From: the human T2T-CHM13v2.0 reference genome, Homo sapiens
Strand: one strand, 5' to 3'
Length of the DNA: 64,000 nt
Assembly: GCF_009914755.1 (NCBI RefSeq)
Contig: NC_060939.1
The translations under genes were made by a program, and so were the position numbers. Under the pieces are notes generated by a model that had not been told where the DNA came from, searched no databases, and saw only the letters and a list, made by a program, of their open reading frames with translations. This document shows, one piece after another, positions 52,095 through 64,000 of the stretch; position 1 is the stretch's first letter; every line of letters begins with the position of its first letter.

Positions 52095-52790
52095 GCATAG
52101 TAGTCATAGCTATCATCTATGGAAGACCTCCCTGGTGTTACACATGATAACATGTATGTCGCGTACAGTAGTTAAGTGCCCTAACAATATTGAATAGGCC
52201 ATTTTTTGGTCCACATGTTTTAACCAGTAAGGGAACTTTAAGAAGTAATTTGCGCAAGGCTACATAGCCAGTAAGTGGCAGAATTGGAATTTGTGCTTGC
52301 TGGCTATTGTAACAAATCTGTAAATAATAAAAATTTTAAAAGAGCAGGGCTTTGGAATTAGTGAACAAGTTGTCTCATTTCATCATGTGCATCCTCACAA
52401 TTATAATTATGTCCCCTAACCACTTCTCCTTGAATAATGGAATAAGTCATTCGCTGAGTTTTCCCTCTCTGGTACCCACCCTAATCCATCATGTCAGAAG
52501 ACCAATCCCCATTTCCTTCCACACAAAATTTCCGGCTCTGCCCTCTATCATCTAGGTCATACTGGGAGACTTACCTACCTTCCCTGAGTCACAGTTTCCT
52601 CTTACTGCCACTTACTGTCTGACTTCACCTTTATGAGTCTCAGGGTTGCCCTTGGAAAAATGGAGGTGATAATGATACCTGCCTCTTAAAAGGCTATTGA
52701 GAAGATTTAGTGAGATAATGTTTCTGAAATTCATAGCAGTGCCTGTCACATAGTAAGTGTTCAACAATATAAACTACTGTTATTAACAGC
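52095..52790. mobile_element. MIRs (about 52100-52300 -, 52555-52790 +) with intervening L2-like sequence
   Basis: AAGGCTACATAGCCAGTAAGTGGCAGA; AATGATACCTGCCTC...GTGCCTGTCACATAGTAAGTGTTCAA. Confidence 0.68.
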
Positions 52791-53752
52791 TGAATAACAG
52801 TTCAAGATAAAGGAGCCAGCACGCAATGGGGATGGACTTCAGTTTCACATAAAACAGAAATGGCAACAACATTGGGATTATCAATCTTATTGCTTTATTT
52901 GTGCCATCTTATATAAGACCGATAGGAGAATTTCTATTCCTTATCGTGAGAACTGGTTTATCTCACATTCTAACAGTAGGAAATTCTATCTACGATATTT
53001 CCGAATTTACCAGAATTCATATCCATAATGATAGCTTCGTGCCTTAGAAAATTCTGATGTGCCTGATTCTGAACAGAATTTCCTACAGTATATCTTGATG
53101 TAATCTTATTATTTGTGAATTGGCCATACATTTTGGTATAAAAATAATGAGAACCCCATTCCCTGATCATTCACCATAACTCAGTTCACCACCTTATGGA
53201 GCTAACACAAGACCAAATGGTTTAAACTTTCAGCGTTAGTTGATAACTATTCTAATATGAATTGGTTCATCAGCTCTCATTTCTTTCTACTAAAAGATCC
53301 TGAGGAAGACGGAAAGCCAAGATTGGGTATATAGAATACAATAAAACTTTGTTTTACTTGGGATGATGATGTTGTTTCAGGTGGTCCATTCCCAAAATAT
53401 ATTCATTCATAAACCCCAGATTAGACAATGGTGGCCACTCAGTCCTTCTTAATAGCAATGAATGGAAATGGGTTTTACCAAAAGATTTCAACATTTTCTT
53501 GCTTCCACATAAAGACCTTTTGATGTATTTTCTAACATTTCACAACTAGATTAAAACATAACAAGTAAGGGGTCTGTTGTCTCTCCTAAGTCCTTCTCCA
53601 TTAAGAAACAATATATATATATATAAAAGAAATGTCAGGCTACACAACAAAGGGACCCCTTACATGAATGCACAAAGCTGTGCATGTTCTCTCATACACT
53701 CATGGTAGCTAATGCTGTGCACACAAGGGGGCTCTGTAAAAGTGATCCAGTG

Positions 53753-54052
53753 GGCCAGGCATAGTAGCTCATGCCTGTAATCCCAGCAGTTCGGGAGGCC
53801 GAGGTAGGAGGATCACCTGAGATCAGAAGTTTGAGACCAGCCTGGCCAACATGGCAATTACCCCGTTGCTACTAAAAATACAAAAATTAGCCTGGTGTGG
53901 TGGCACATGCCTGTAATCCCAGCTACTCAGGAAGCCGAGGCAGGAGAGAATTGCTTGAACCTGGGAAGCAGAAGTTGCAGTAAGCCAAGATTGTGCCACT
54001 GCACTCCAACCTGGGCAACAGAGTGAGACTCTGTTTCAAAAAAAAAAAAACA
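53753..54052 (+). mobile_element. AluS (Sx-like)
   Basis: Full dimer with poly(A); TSD AAAAGTG(A/G)TC(C/A)A at 53738-53749 and 54053-54064. Confidence 0.93.
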
Positions 54053-54923
54053 AAAAGTGGTCAAATTACAAAAATAGTAGATTGTGTAACAAAAGCAGCA
54101 CACACTAAAATGATAATTCTCATATTCACAAAAGCAGAGGCAGGCCTTCTCTTGTGACTATTAGAAGTCCTGTATGGATAAATGCTAGGTCAATATCAGA
54201 ACTGTTTTCCCATCTGTTTTGCCAACCACTCCCTGCTATTGGTTTAGCATGTTTTCAATACCTCAGTGACTCAAAGGTCCAATGTTTCCTTCCCAGGTAT
54301 ATTTCCAGCCTCCATAGTAAAGTTTTTAAGCTCACATGTCTCATGAGGAGTTTAATAAATTCATTGTTTTGTTTAGTCTGATTATCTTAGCCAGAAGCAA
54401 CTAGGGAGCTGTATTAGTATTTGGTTTATTTCAAAATTAGTGGGCATGCTTTGCATTTTGAAAATCCCTATGTGATAATTCTTAGGAAGAGCCCTTCTGG
54501 CCACTCAGAGGCTTATCTGCAAATGGGTGGGTGTCCTCCTATACCCTTGGCTACTAGAGCAATGGCCTGACCCACAGTTATGTTAAATACATGACCAATC
54601 TTTTTGAAGGACTGTGTACAGTAAATAGTACTGCCTTTCTTTTCTCCATAATTCACTGGCATCTGTTGTAATTGGCAACTGGCTTTTGCATTTCCCCCTT
54701 TGGCTTTCTGCTGTGTTTTGAATACACCTATTTAAGTAACAGATCAGCAAACTAAATGCAAAGAAATACTCTTGCTCAAAACACTTATGGACGTTGCTGA
54801 TTCAGCATGGCTCAGTATTAACTGGTAATAAACTAAAGCTCTTAACCCTCAACAAAATTAAATACAGTTCATGTGCTTTTCTCTATAGGCCTGTATCTGT
54901 CCTTCCAAGGAAGGAAAACCTAA

Positions 54924-54940
54924 ACACACACACACACACC

Positions 54941-54976
<36 letters not shown>
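54924..54976 (+). repeat. Interrupted (AC)n microsatellite
   Basis: Two AC runs separated by CCAT. Confidence 0.92.
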
Positions 54977-54979
<3 letters not shown>

Positions 54980-55654
54980 AGACAGCAATTACATTTTTCA
55001 TCATCCCTTTTCAGTTAAAGAGAAATAATAAAAGCTATTACATGAAAACAAAACAAAAACAACCTCACCTGTAAAGCAGCACAAGATATTCCATAGTAAG
55101 ACTGAGTCTTTCCCAATGATGAAGGCCATGTGTTCAGAAATCCCAAGTTCCAGAGCTATCAGTGAGCTCCAGAGCAAAATCAGAAACAGGCAGTCGTGGG
55201 GTTTAATCACAAAATCATCAAGCGATTTCACATCGAGAACATCTCACATATCACAAAAGCAGGTTCCATCCAGCCTGTCATGCCTCCCTCCTTCCAACAC
55301 TGACATCACTTCTTGCCAGAGGGGAAAAAAATTGCTTTTTAAATATTGACTTTCTCAGTCACTGCCAAGGCCAACCAGTCAGCCGTGAACCACATTTGTT
55401 GCTGCCATCTTATACAGATCTTGAGCACTGCTGCTTGCCAAGAAGCATCTCCAGGGCAATGGCAAAGCCGCAATAACTATCCCGAGCTGAGATTCCAGCC
55501 ATTGAGCCAGGAATGCAGGGGATAATTCCCGTACTTCAGATTAGGAGTCAGCATTCAACCTCCTAGTGACACCCCTAATGACCCTCAACCCTCTGCATTC
55601 TGGGTCCTTACTTTTCACTGCAAGTCTCCTGATCCAACCTTCCTATGGAGCTAG

Positions 55655-55975
55655 TAATAATCACTAGCATTTATTTAACAGTTACTACAGTATGTGCCAG
55701 GCACTGTTCTAAATTATTTTAAATTTATTACTACTACCACCACTACTAATAGTAATAGCTAACACTTGTAGAGCATGTAGTATTTGTCAGGCACTGTTTC
55801 AAGAATTTTACATATTCAATCCTCACAACACACCTAGGAGATAGGTACCATTATTATACCTGTTTTATAGAAGAGGAAACTGCAGCAGAGCGCTTACCTG
55901 AGGATACATCTAGCATGTGGAGGAGCTGAACTTCCAACACAAGCTGCCCGACTCTAGAGCCTGCTGTCTATACAT
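55655..55975 (-). mobile_element. MIR preceded by a second MIR 3' end
   Basis: TATGTGCCAGGCACTGTTCTAA and TGTCAGGCACTGTTTCAAG; core TTTTATAGAAGAGGAAACTG. Confidence 0.75.
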
Positions 55976-56009
55976 CCTCTCTATAGGAGAGGCACGCCTT
56001 TAACAAGTA

Positions 56010-56550
56010 ATCATAATTCCAGGTTCCTTTAGAGAGGGACCTCAGAAGAAGTTTCTGAGATCTGGGCCAGATCTGGTCTCCACTTCCTGGAGAAAGTGAT
56101 TATTAAGTTTTGAAGAACCAGAAGGAATAAGCCAGGGAGCAAAGAAAAAGTTTCCTAACGTGTCTGTGCAGACACAGACCCAGTGGGGAGATGGGTGAGG
56201 GTGTGTAGAGAAGGCTTTACTCAGAAGATTTCAGGGAGCTCTATAAAGTTAGAGCAGAGGATGCAGAGGGAAAGGACTGAGAGATAACAGTGAAGGGATC
56301 CTGAAGCCAGTCCATGAGGGGCCTTGATTATTCTAAAGAGTTAGATTGTGCCCTGAGAGTAAAGGCGAGCTTTTAAAGGACATGAAGCCAAAAGACTGTC
56401 TGTCATACATGAATTTCCTTTCCAGAAGTACCCCTCAGCAGCCCTGTAGTCATCCCATTACACACAAAGAAAGACTAGTTAGGAAGCTATGAGCATAATC
56501 TAGATGAGAAATTATGAGAGTCTGAACTAACACAATGGCAATCATTATAA
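56010..56550 (-). mobile_element. L2 fragment
   Basis: CTTCCTGGAGAAAGTGA...GACTAGTTAGGAAGCTAT...TCTAGATGAGAAATTATGAGAGTCTGAACTA. Confidence 0.62.
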
Positions 56551-57379
56551 GCATAGGAGAAAATACCCACTGTTGAACATTTTGATATTAATGAAGAATG
56601 CTTGTCTAGAAATGGGATCCTCAAAGTTATTTCCCCTAGAGGACTTGACTATAGTCGACCTATTCTCCACAGACATCCTAGGTGTAGCACCATACCTTGT
56701 AATCAAACATGAATGAGCTCACCCTTTCAAGTTGAATTCAAGTATGCCAGAACTCATTTTCATTGCATAATAAAATATTTAATTAGCCAAAATATTAAAA
56801 GCCCGGGTCTAATTAAAAAATCTTTCCCATCATCATCCTCCTCCCTTTTTACATTAAGCCATTTTACCATAGTAACTTAAAGAACATCTCTACTATGTCT
56901 TCCCTTGGGCCGTGATTCCTAAAGTAACGTCCATAACCCACCAGGAACCCACAGGTTAGCTCGCCTCTTGTAACATATGTGCAGGTAACTGACACCACAC
57001 CTGGCTCACAATAGATGCTCAAAAAGCTTTATGTTAAAAAAAATCGATGAGTTTGTGAAACCTATGATTTGAACTCGGGCACAAACAATTTTCATTTAAT
57101 ATTTCACAATTGTATGTCTTATCACATTCTCATGAAACTCTATGCCATTTTGCTTTTTTTCCTCTGGCAAAGTCTCTTATGGGATATCTTGCTATAAAAA
57201 CAGTGGTGTAGGTGATTATATGGATTATCATCCATTGACCAAAACAGTTTGAGAATCACTGCCAAGGGACTTATGGAGACTTATGGAGATTTCACAGAAA
57301 CCACTCCTAGTTAGCTTTATAATCACAAGGAGCTGAACCGGGAGTCATCTAAAACAGTAGCTAACTAAAAAATATTCTA

Positions 57380-58150
57380 TGGCTCACTAGGATTTTAGAG
57401 CTGGAGGGAACCAGCACCCAAAAGAGAAGTGATTACGTCAAAGTCACATAACCAATCAGTGCCAAGTTCAGACCAGGACGTATGACTCTTAATTCCTAGA
57501 TCTGTATTCTTTTCACTAACCCATGCTGCTGCTTGCTCATTTAGTTTTCAAATATTACTAAAATATACTTGAAGTTTAATGGTCTACAAGCCAAAGATGA
57601 GCATGTAATGTTAAGATGGAAAACAAGCTTCAGAAATCCTAGTGTTTAGTCCTAATGTGCCACTTGCTAGTTGGGCAGTTGCTTAATTTCTTTGAATCTC
57701 AGCTTTCTTGTTAGGCAATGGCAGTAAACTCACCAGTCCTCCTTCTCACTATCCATGAAGATCAGCAGTTCCTTCTCCACGACTGCTCCCCCTCTTCTTA
57801 GAAGCCTATTTATGGCATCTTGGTCTCAAGGGCCTGTTTCCACCTCAACCTACTACCTGGTTTCCTCTTCTTTCATAACCAAAACGAATCACAGTCATAG
57901 CCACCACACACTCTGGATCAGAAGTGGCCCCACCAGTTGTTAGCTGTGTGACTTGTGTCAAGTCACTGAATCCCTCCAAGCCTTGATTTTCTCATGTGTA
58001 AAATGGAGCTATTATTAGTTCCCATTTCCAGATTGCTGCAAGACTTAAATGAGATATTTGAAGTAAAGCACCATGAGTATTCATTCAACAAATATTTATT
58101 CAGCACCTGTTATTCACCAGTGAACCCAAAGTGATTCAAGCTCTCGTTCT
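57380..58150. mobile_element. MIR fragments (about 57380-57530 -, 57610-57720 +, 57890-58075 +) and an L2 end (about 58078-58150 -)
   Basis: TAGCTGTGTGACTTGTGTCAAGTCACTGAA...TCTCATGTGTAAAATGG; ATTCATTCAACAAATATTTATT. Confidence 0.7.
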
Positions 58151-58569
58151 CCACAAGGCCTGGGTGTTTCACCTCTGAGAGTTTTCCTGCATCTTCTTAT
58201 TTCACTTTGGAGGCTCACAATAAAGCCTGTTACTTTGAGGTCAACAGAGCATGTCTCTTTGCCTTAAAACTTGCAGAAGCAAAGCACGATAACATTGGTA
58301 AAACTACCACAAAAACTTTAAAAACACAATTGGAAGGGATTTTTATGAGTACTTCCAAGCATAAGGAAAGATTTGGCAAGTGAAGCCCAACATTGCCTTT
58401 CCTTCCTTGAGAAGCTGGAAACTGAGGAACTGGAAATCTTCCTCAGGTGTCTCACTAAGAAACCCAGGTGCTATCCCAGTCAATTATTTGTACTTCCTTG
58501 AGAACAAATTTGAATTTGCAATCTGTTGGGAATGAAGTCTGTCTCAGTGGAGTTTCTTAACACTCTTTG

Positions 58570-58768
58570 GATCTGTCTTCTCACACTTACCTTTTCCCAT
58601 TTTGTGCTGTTTTTATACATATCTCATCACTCTCAGGAGGCTATAAGCCCCTGGAAGGCAAGATTAGTGGGTGGTTACCCATGATATCATGTTTCTCCTT
58701 CCAGAAACCCAGCCTTGTGCCTGACACAGAGTAGACCCTCAATAAGGTTTATTGCTAACTGTTGAAAC
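58570..58768 (+). mobile_element. L2 3' terminus
   Basis: CTATAAGCCCCTGGAAGGCAAG...GTGCCTGACACAGAGTAGACCCTCAATAA. Confidence 0.68.
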
Positions 58769-61106
58769 AGATACTGGGAGTGATTCAAGGGGCTAAGCCC
58801 TCCAGAGAGCAGTGCATTTTGGTGGCCATTCCTTCTGCAATACTCTCTACATTTTTCTTTTAAGTCCACCCGTGTGCTTTATAAGTAAATAGAAAATGCT
58901 AACCTTAGCATATTCAAAAGAACGTTTAAGCATGCAGCAATTAGGTTATCTCTTGGTTATTTATTTCTTCGGCTTGTTATTAGCTGTGTGCAGAATATTA
59001 TTCTAATTATGTCAGCCCAATCAGCAGTATTGCATGTCCAGGCTCATTTCCATTAGTTTGAGCTTTGTCTTTCACACTGTGATACTAATTCAATGAGACA
59101 TCAAACATTTAAATCGACCCGGGATGCCGAGGTCAGGCAGTTTTGCCCTTCCACTCTATTAGCACTCGGGTGTAAATGTGTTTGTCACTCCCCACATGAC
59201 GAATAGTATCAGGGTGACTACTGAAGCACAAATGAGCAATGCACTATTATTTTGTTCTATAATATCAATATGTGTTTATTCAGTGCTCATGTTAGCCAAC
59301 TGGAAACAGTCATTTTAATACAGTCATACAAAGTGCTCTATTCTCACCGAAGCATTTCTTTAGAACATTTGCTGGACTTGCAATGCAATTGGGCCAAAGG
59401 GAGGAAAATAAAAATGGTTGCTGGAGGTAGAAGGAACCATGAAGTTCTTAAAAATCAGAGCTTCCAGTCACACCAGCAAGAACTTAGAAACCACAAAAAC
59501 AAAAGGTAGAATGCAACTACCAGCTTTTCTGTGCGCTTTGTAAAACTCTTCGACTCTCTGGTTAACAGTTTAAAAATCAAGGTGCAACATATAGTATTTA
59601 AACAAATATAAATCTACCTTGCAGTTAGCTGAAGTTTCTCCTTCTGACTCTTTTTGAGAGCAAATAAATTGGTAAGCAGAAACAATAAAAGATTTTGGGT
59701 GTTTTTCCCTCAGTTTGTTTGCTTGATTTTGTTTCCTCAATAGCGTAGATACACAACAATAAATTTTACCCGAGGTTTCAACAAACCCCATCTCTGCTAC
59801 TGTCATATGATTTACCCTCGTTATTATAAGACTTAAATCTGAATATTAGTATAATAGAGTGTTACCCGTAGTCTTTTAGTTTCTTATTTCACATTTTAAT
59901 ATCTAAAAAATCACTACAAAAACTGATTCAGTGAGAAGCCTAAGCTAAGATGGTGTACTCTCATAAGTAGGCACTGTCGGTTCTAATGGGAATTCTATTT
60001 CTGGGTCTCATTGCCTTTTCACAATTTCCATAGCACAGGCTTTGTGATTCCCATGGTGCACACGAAAAACTCACCCTAGAGAAGTAGATGTTCTAGCTCA
60101 AGATTCCACAGCTCGTCAATAATGAAGCCAGAACCAGAGTCTGGGTTTCTAGATTGCTGCATGGTCATGACCTGCTCCAAAACCTCAAACTACCCACCCA
60201 CATCTTTAAACTGCTGGCCCAGAGTGTGGGTCACTCCTACTGTGGTATCATTCCTTATCCAGGCTCTACTTCAATCTTGGCTCCCAGAACATTCCATATA
60301 GCCTGTGCTTGGCAATCTGCCCAGGTTGTCTTATCTATTTTCTCCAAATCATAAACTCCTCAACTAATGCTTGCATGTGCAAAGATATGCATTGGAAGAA
60401 AGTAGGAGGATAAATCATCCCTAACCACTGCCAACAGGTTCAACGAATTAAACCAATGTATGTTAATTGAAAAATCGTTCTTTATAAATATAGATAAACT
60501 TTAAAAGACACGATTAAGTACTTTTTAATAGCTTTAAAAAAATCGCCTTTACTTTAAATGACCTTTAGATGTATTTTTTGTTCTATTGATTTTACTATTT
60601 TAACTGCAGATACATCTTTTAATTTACTCCAAGGGAATTAACCGACAACCTTCCATTTTCTGTTTGGGTCTCATTTTAAATGCCAGAACTACCCCTAATG
60701 TAGCTATCATCAAAACTTAAAACTCCACAGTTTAAGAAACAAAGTTCTGACAACTGGTTCCACTGTGGGGGGAAATGGAACTTTTTATTCTGATACTATA
60801 ATTAGACCAAGAAACTGAAAGCACACTCCAAAATAAGAATTTGCTGCTATGACTAGTCAATGTCATTTATGCTCAGGGAAGAGAGAGAGGTGTAATAAAC
60901 TTTGACAACTTATTTGCAACATTTTATATTTAACATCATTATATCTACATTTTGAAAGCAGCACATCAGACTTTTGTTCTCTAAAATCGAAGCTGAGCAG
61001 AATTGCAAGTAGAAATAAGTGACCAACTCCAAAGCTGAGGACCAGCCCCTGTGATGTGGATGTAACCCTTTGAGAGCACAGCATTCTGGAAAGATGACAG
61101 GCACGA

Positions 61107-61683
61107 TGTAGGGAAGCCAGAGATCACCTCCAATCCTCCTTTCAGCTCTTGGTGGGATATTCAGCTGGATCTGAATACTGACACTAGGAAGATGAATGAA
61201 CAAGAGAGAAGTACACACATTTCATTCATGTTGCATGTCCATGGGGATCTGCATAAGAGAGTAAAGTCTGAAGAAGTGACCAAAGCAAGATGGAGACAAA
61301 GAGCAATAAATTTGAGGAAAAAATGGCAAGGCAAAAAAAAAAAAAAAAAAGAAAAGAAAATCTGGCTAAGGATAGCAAATTTTCTAGGGGAATCACTAGG
61401 AGATATAGCAGGGGTGAAATAGGTGGAAGATAGCGTTGCTTCAGGAAGTATGTTAATTCAGGGTCCATTGCAGCCTCCAATCACCAGTCTGTGGGTAATA
61501 GGAATATTTTCTCACCATGGTATAGTGAGGACTCCCCTCCTAGAGGAATCTTTGTCCCTTGCTGCATGCAGGAAGAGACAGCTCAGCTCACCCTCTCTGA
61601 AACAATTTCTCCAATGTTTTCAACTTGAAATAATCAATATACTAATCTGGCATATTTGGGATGGCACATCCTTCACTCCTTCA
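61107..61683 (-). mobile_element. ERV1 solo LTR, MER34C-like
   Basis: Minus strand starts TGAAGGAGTGAAGGATGTGCCATCCCAAATATGCCAGATTAGTATATTGATTATTTCAAGTTGAAAACATTGGAGAAATTG; TG...CA termini. Confidence 0.75.
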
Positions 61684-62849
61684 GTGGTAAATAAACCACT
61701 GGATGAAATCAGGGCTGGCAACCTTCTGAAAGGGGTGTACTGAAGAGCCGACTCCTCTCCTCTCCCTCTGGCATGCTGTTCCCTTGCCGACCACATCTTT
61801 GCGAAGTAGAAGAGGCCTATATCCACCTGCCAATTGTCACGTGGGAAGGGCCACTGACCCTCATGGGCATGGTGGCCCAGCCACCCAAGTGTGTGTTGAA
61901 GAGCCATGGCTTATGCACCATCTCAGGCAGTGACCAGACAGGCTCACTCTCACCAACTCTGCAACCATCGATCAAAGAAGTGGGATTCATCAGGTATCCT
62001 CCAAGATAATTCTGATGACATAAGAAGTATTGGTAGAATAAAATAATGAGACCAAAAGAAAGAGAAAAGGTTAACAGACCAGACACCAGAGAAATTAATG
62101 ATTATGTTCTTCCCTTTCTTCCCCTCCTATTAAGAAAAAAAAAAATTTAAAAACCAGATAGGGGAAATAGTGAGCAAATTTTCTAATTGGGAGTGGAGAT
62201 GAGGAAGTGGGGGAGACATGGAATCATCATAGCAGACTAGGAAAGAAAGGGAAGAAAAAGAGAAACCATATTTAATGTAATGTGCAGAAGTAGCCATTTA
62301 TTTACACACCCTTTCCATTTAGAAAAGATGTGTTTCGGCCTCTGGCTGAATGTACATACTAATTAGTGCTAATGAATATAAATGATACTCACAACTCAAC
62401 CTGTTTACAAAGTCCCCCCATGTCATTCAGGGAAGAATTGAGTTTGGAAATGAGATATGTGTTGTGTTCTTGGGCTTGACGATGACCTAGAGGTTACCGA
62501 AGCTAAGGACAATGAAATCAATTAGCAATTAACAAGGCAAGAAAGAGTCAAACCCACAAAATTCAGTACCTCCAGCGGTAGGCACTGTTACAGAGGAAGA
62601 CACACTCTTCCCATAGGGTAACATGTTTAGCTCGGCACAACCAGCAGCTGTTGAGGGTGGGAGTTCAGGGAACAACTTTAAAATCATGAGAGGTCTACCG
62701 GAAAAAAAAAAAAAAAAAGTAAAATAAGATGAAAAGAAGTATGCTTTATTAAGCTTAGGGAGACATTACCCTACAGGAAAAGGAATAAACTACAGGGCTG
62801 TTTGGTGTTCATATGCCAAGCTGAAGAAGTATCACCCATACTGAGGTCA

Positions 62850-63222
62850 TATCACTCTTCAGAGAGGGCGTGGAAGCTCTGCACCCTGCCGCCCCAGCCC
62901 CCATGCATCTCTTCCATTTGGCTCCCCTGAGTCATTGCCTTTATAAGAAACTAGCAATAGTAAGTAAAATACATTTCTGGAGTTTTCTGAATTGTTCTAG
63001 CAAGTTATCAAACTTGAGAAGGGGGGCCTGAGAAGTCTCAAAAGTGCAGTGGCTCGGCAGAGGTGTGGTAGCCTGGACACCTCATTTTCAGCTGACATCT
63101 GACATGGGGGCGTCTTCCGGAACTAAGCCCTTAACCTGTGGGGTCTGCATTAACTCCAGGAGTTAGTGTCAAAAATGAACTGAATTCCTGAACACCCAGT
63201 TGGTGTCAGATAGTTGGAGAAA
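62850..63222 (+). mobile_element. MER21-like LTR (3' part)
   Basis: GAGGGCGTGGAAGCTCTGC...ATGCATCTCTTCCATTTGGCT...GCCCTTAACCTGTGGGGTCTG...ACACCCAGTTGGTGTC. Confidence 0.78.
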
Positions 63223-63614
63223 TATCAAGGGGCCATGTAGTACAAAGGAAAGCAGCTTTATATAAGCTCAATAAATGTACCGAGAATTTTACAAGACAAA
63301 AATGAGCTGGATTAGAAATGAAAAGATGATAACTGGTATGCTCTGTTTAATAAGATAAGAAAGAAAAAGTGCAACATGTTAATAAGATCTCTGTTTTTAG
63401 TTCTGTGAAATAAAATGTGAGGTTTTCAAAAGGCAAGCCTCAGATATTTGGAAAATTCACTTATGGGATGCCTCATTACCCGGTGGGCCCAGGATCCGAT
63501 GCCTGGTGTTCCGACATTCTTGGAAAACATTACTCCCTTACCATTAGATGCAGCTCCTGCCTTTGAAGACATTGCAGTATAGTATATTTTACAAGTGCCA
63601 GAGTCCTAAAAGAG

Positions 63615-63735
63615 CAGCGACTTTCTCCATCTGCAGAGGCAAAACCTGAGCCGAGGCAAGGAAAGTGACTTTCTCAAGGTCTCACAATAATCAGGGGCAG
63701 AGACAGGCCCCACCGACAGCCCCTGATTCTAGGCC
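63615..63735 (-). mobile_element. MIR fragment
   Basis: CCATCTGCAGAGG...AAGTGACTTTCTCAAGGTCTCACA...GGCAGAG. Confidence 0.55.
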
Positions 63736-64000
63736 TCCTGTTGTTTCCGGGAAATTAAGCCCAGTCCCAGAGAATAATAATAAATTTGGCCCCTGCAAAC
63801 TGCCTGTCTACCTAGCTCACCCTTGTAAATAGAGGAGAAAAGCCAAGACCGTTGGCAAAAAGGACCTAGGGAATTTGGGAGTGTGCCTAATAAGAGGAAG
63901 CTGAACTCACCTTGCTTGCTAGATCCCACAGCCCTCTCTTTCACTAAAACCATGCCTGCCTCATCCAGGAAGCCCACCAGGCTAGTTTCACCTACTTCTG

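Overview
Primate, most likely human, non-coding DNA: a large intron or a gene desert. I cannot support any host protein-coding gene, RNA gene or CRISPR array, and I cannot name the locus. The ORF track is explained by Alu, L1, MER1 and LTR fragments plus chance ORFs; the only recognisable protein is L1 ORF2p (C-terminus at 5259-5861, shorter broken pieces at 20449-20570 and 44851-45110). A large part of the window is interspersed repeat: AluJ/S and FLAM monomers, L1PA 3' ends with clear target-site duplications (TSDs), old L1M copies, many MIR and L2 fragments, MLT1/LTR33/MER34/MER21 LTRs and hAT elements (two MER1A, Zaphod-like, a MER102-like MITE). Several repeat-free islands retain CpGs and homeodomain/POU/EBF-type motifs (about 23.0-23.6, 35.5-36.85, 39.0-39.3, 49.9-51.5 and 58.9-59.3 kb) and look like developmental enhancers, but this is inference without alignments. 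The best sequence-level oddities are a probable L1 3' transduction (28.25-28.5 kb), a Tigger1-like filler inside an AluJ (10.95-11.0 kb), a twin-primed L1MB inversion, a MER1A/MER1B intermediate, a strong CTCF-like site and one frame-preserving candidate exon on the minus strand. I found no convincing new biological system. Subfamily names come from my recollection of consensus sequences, and boundaries of old repeats are approximate.
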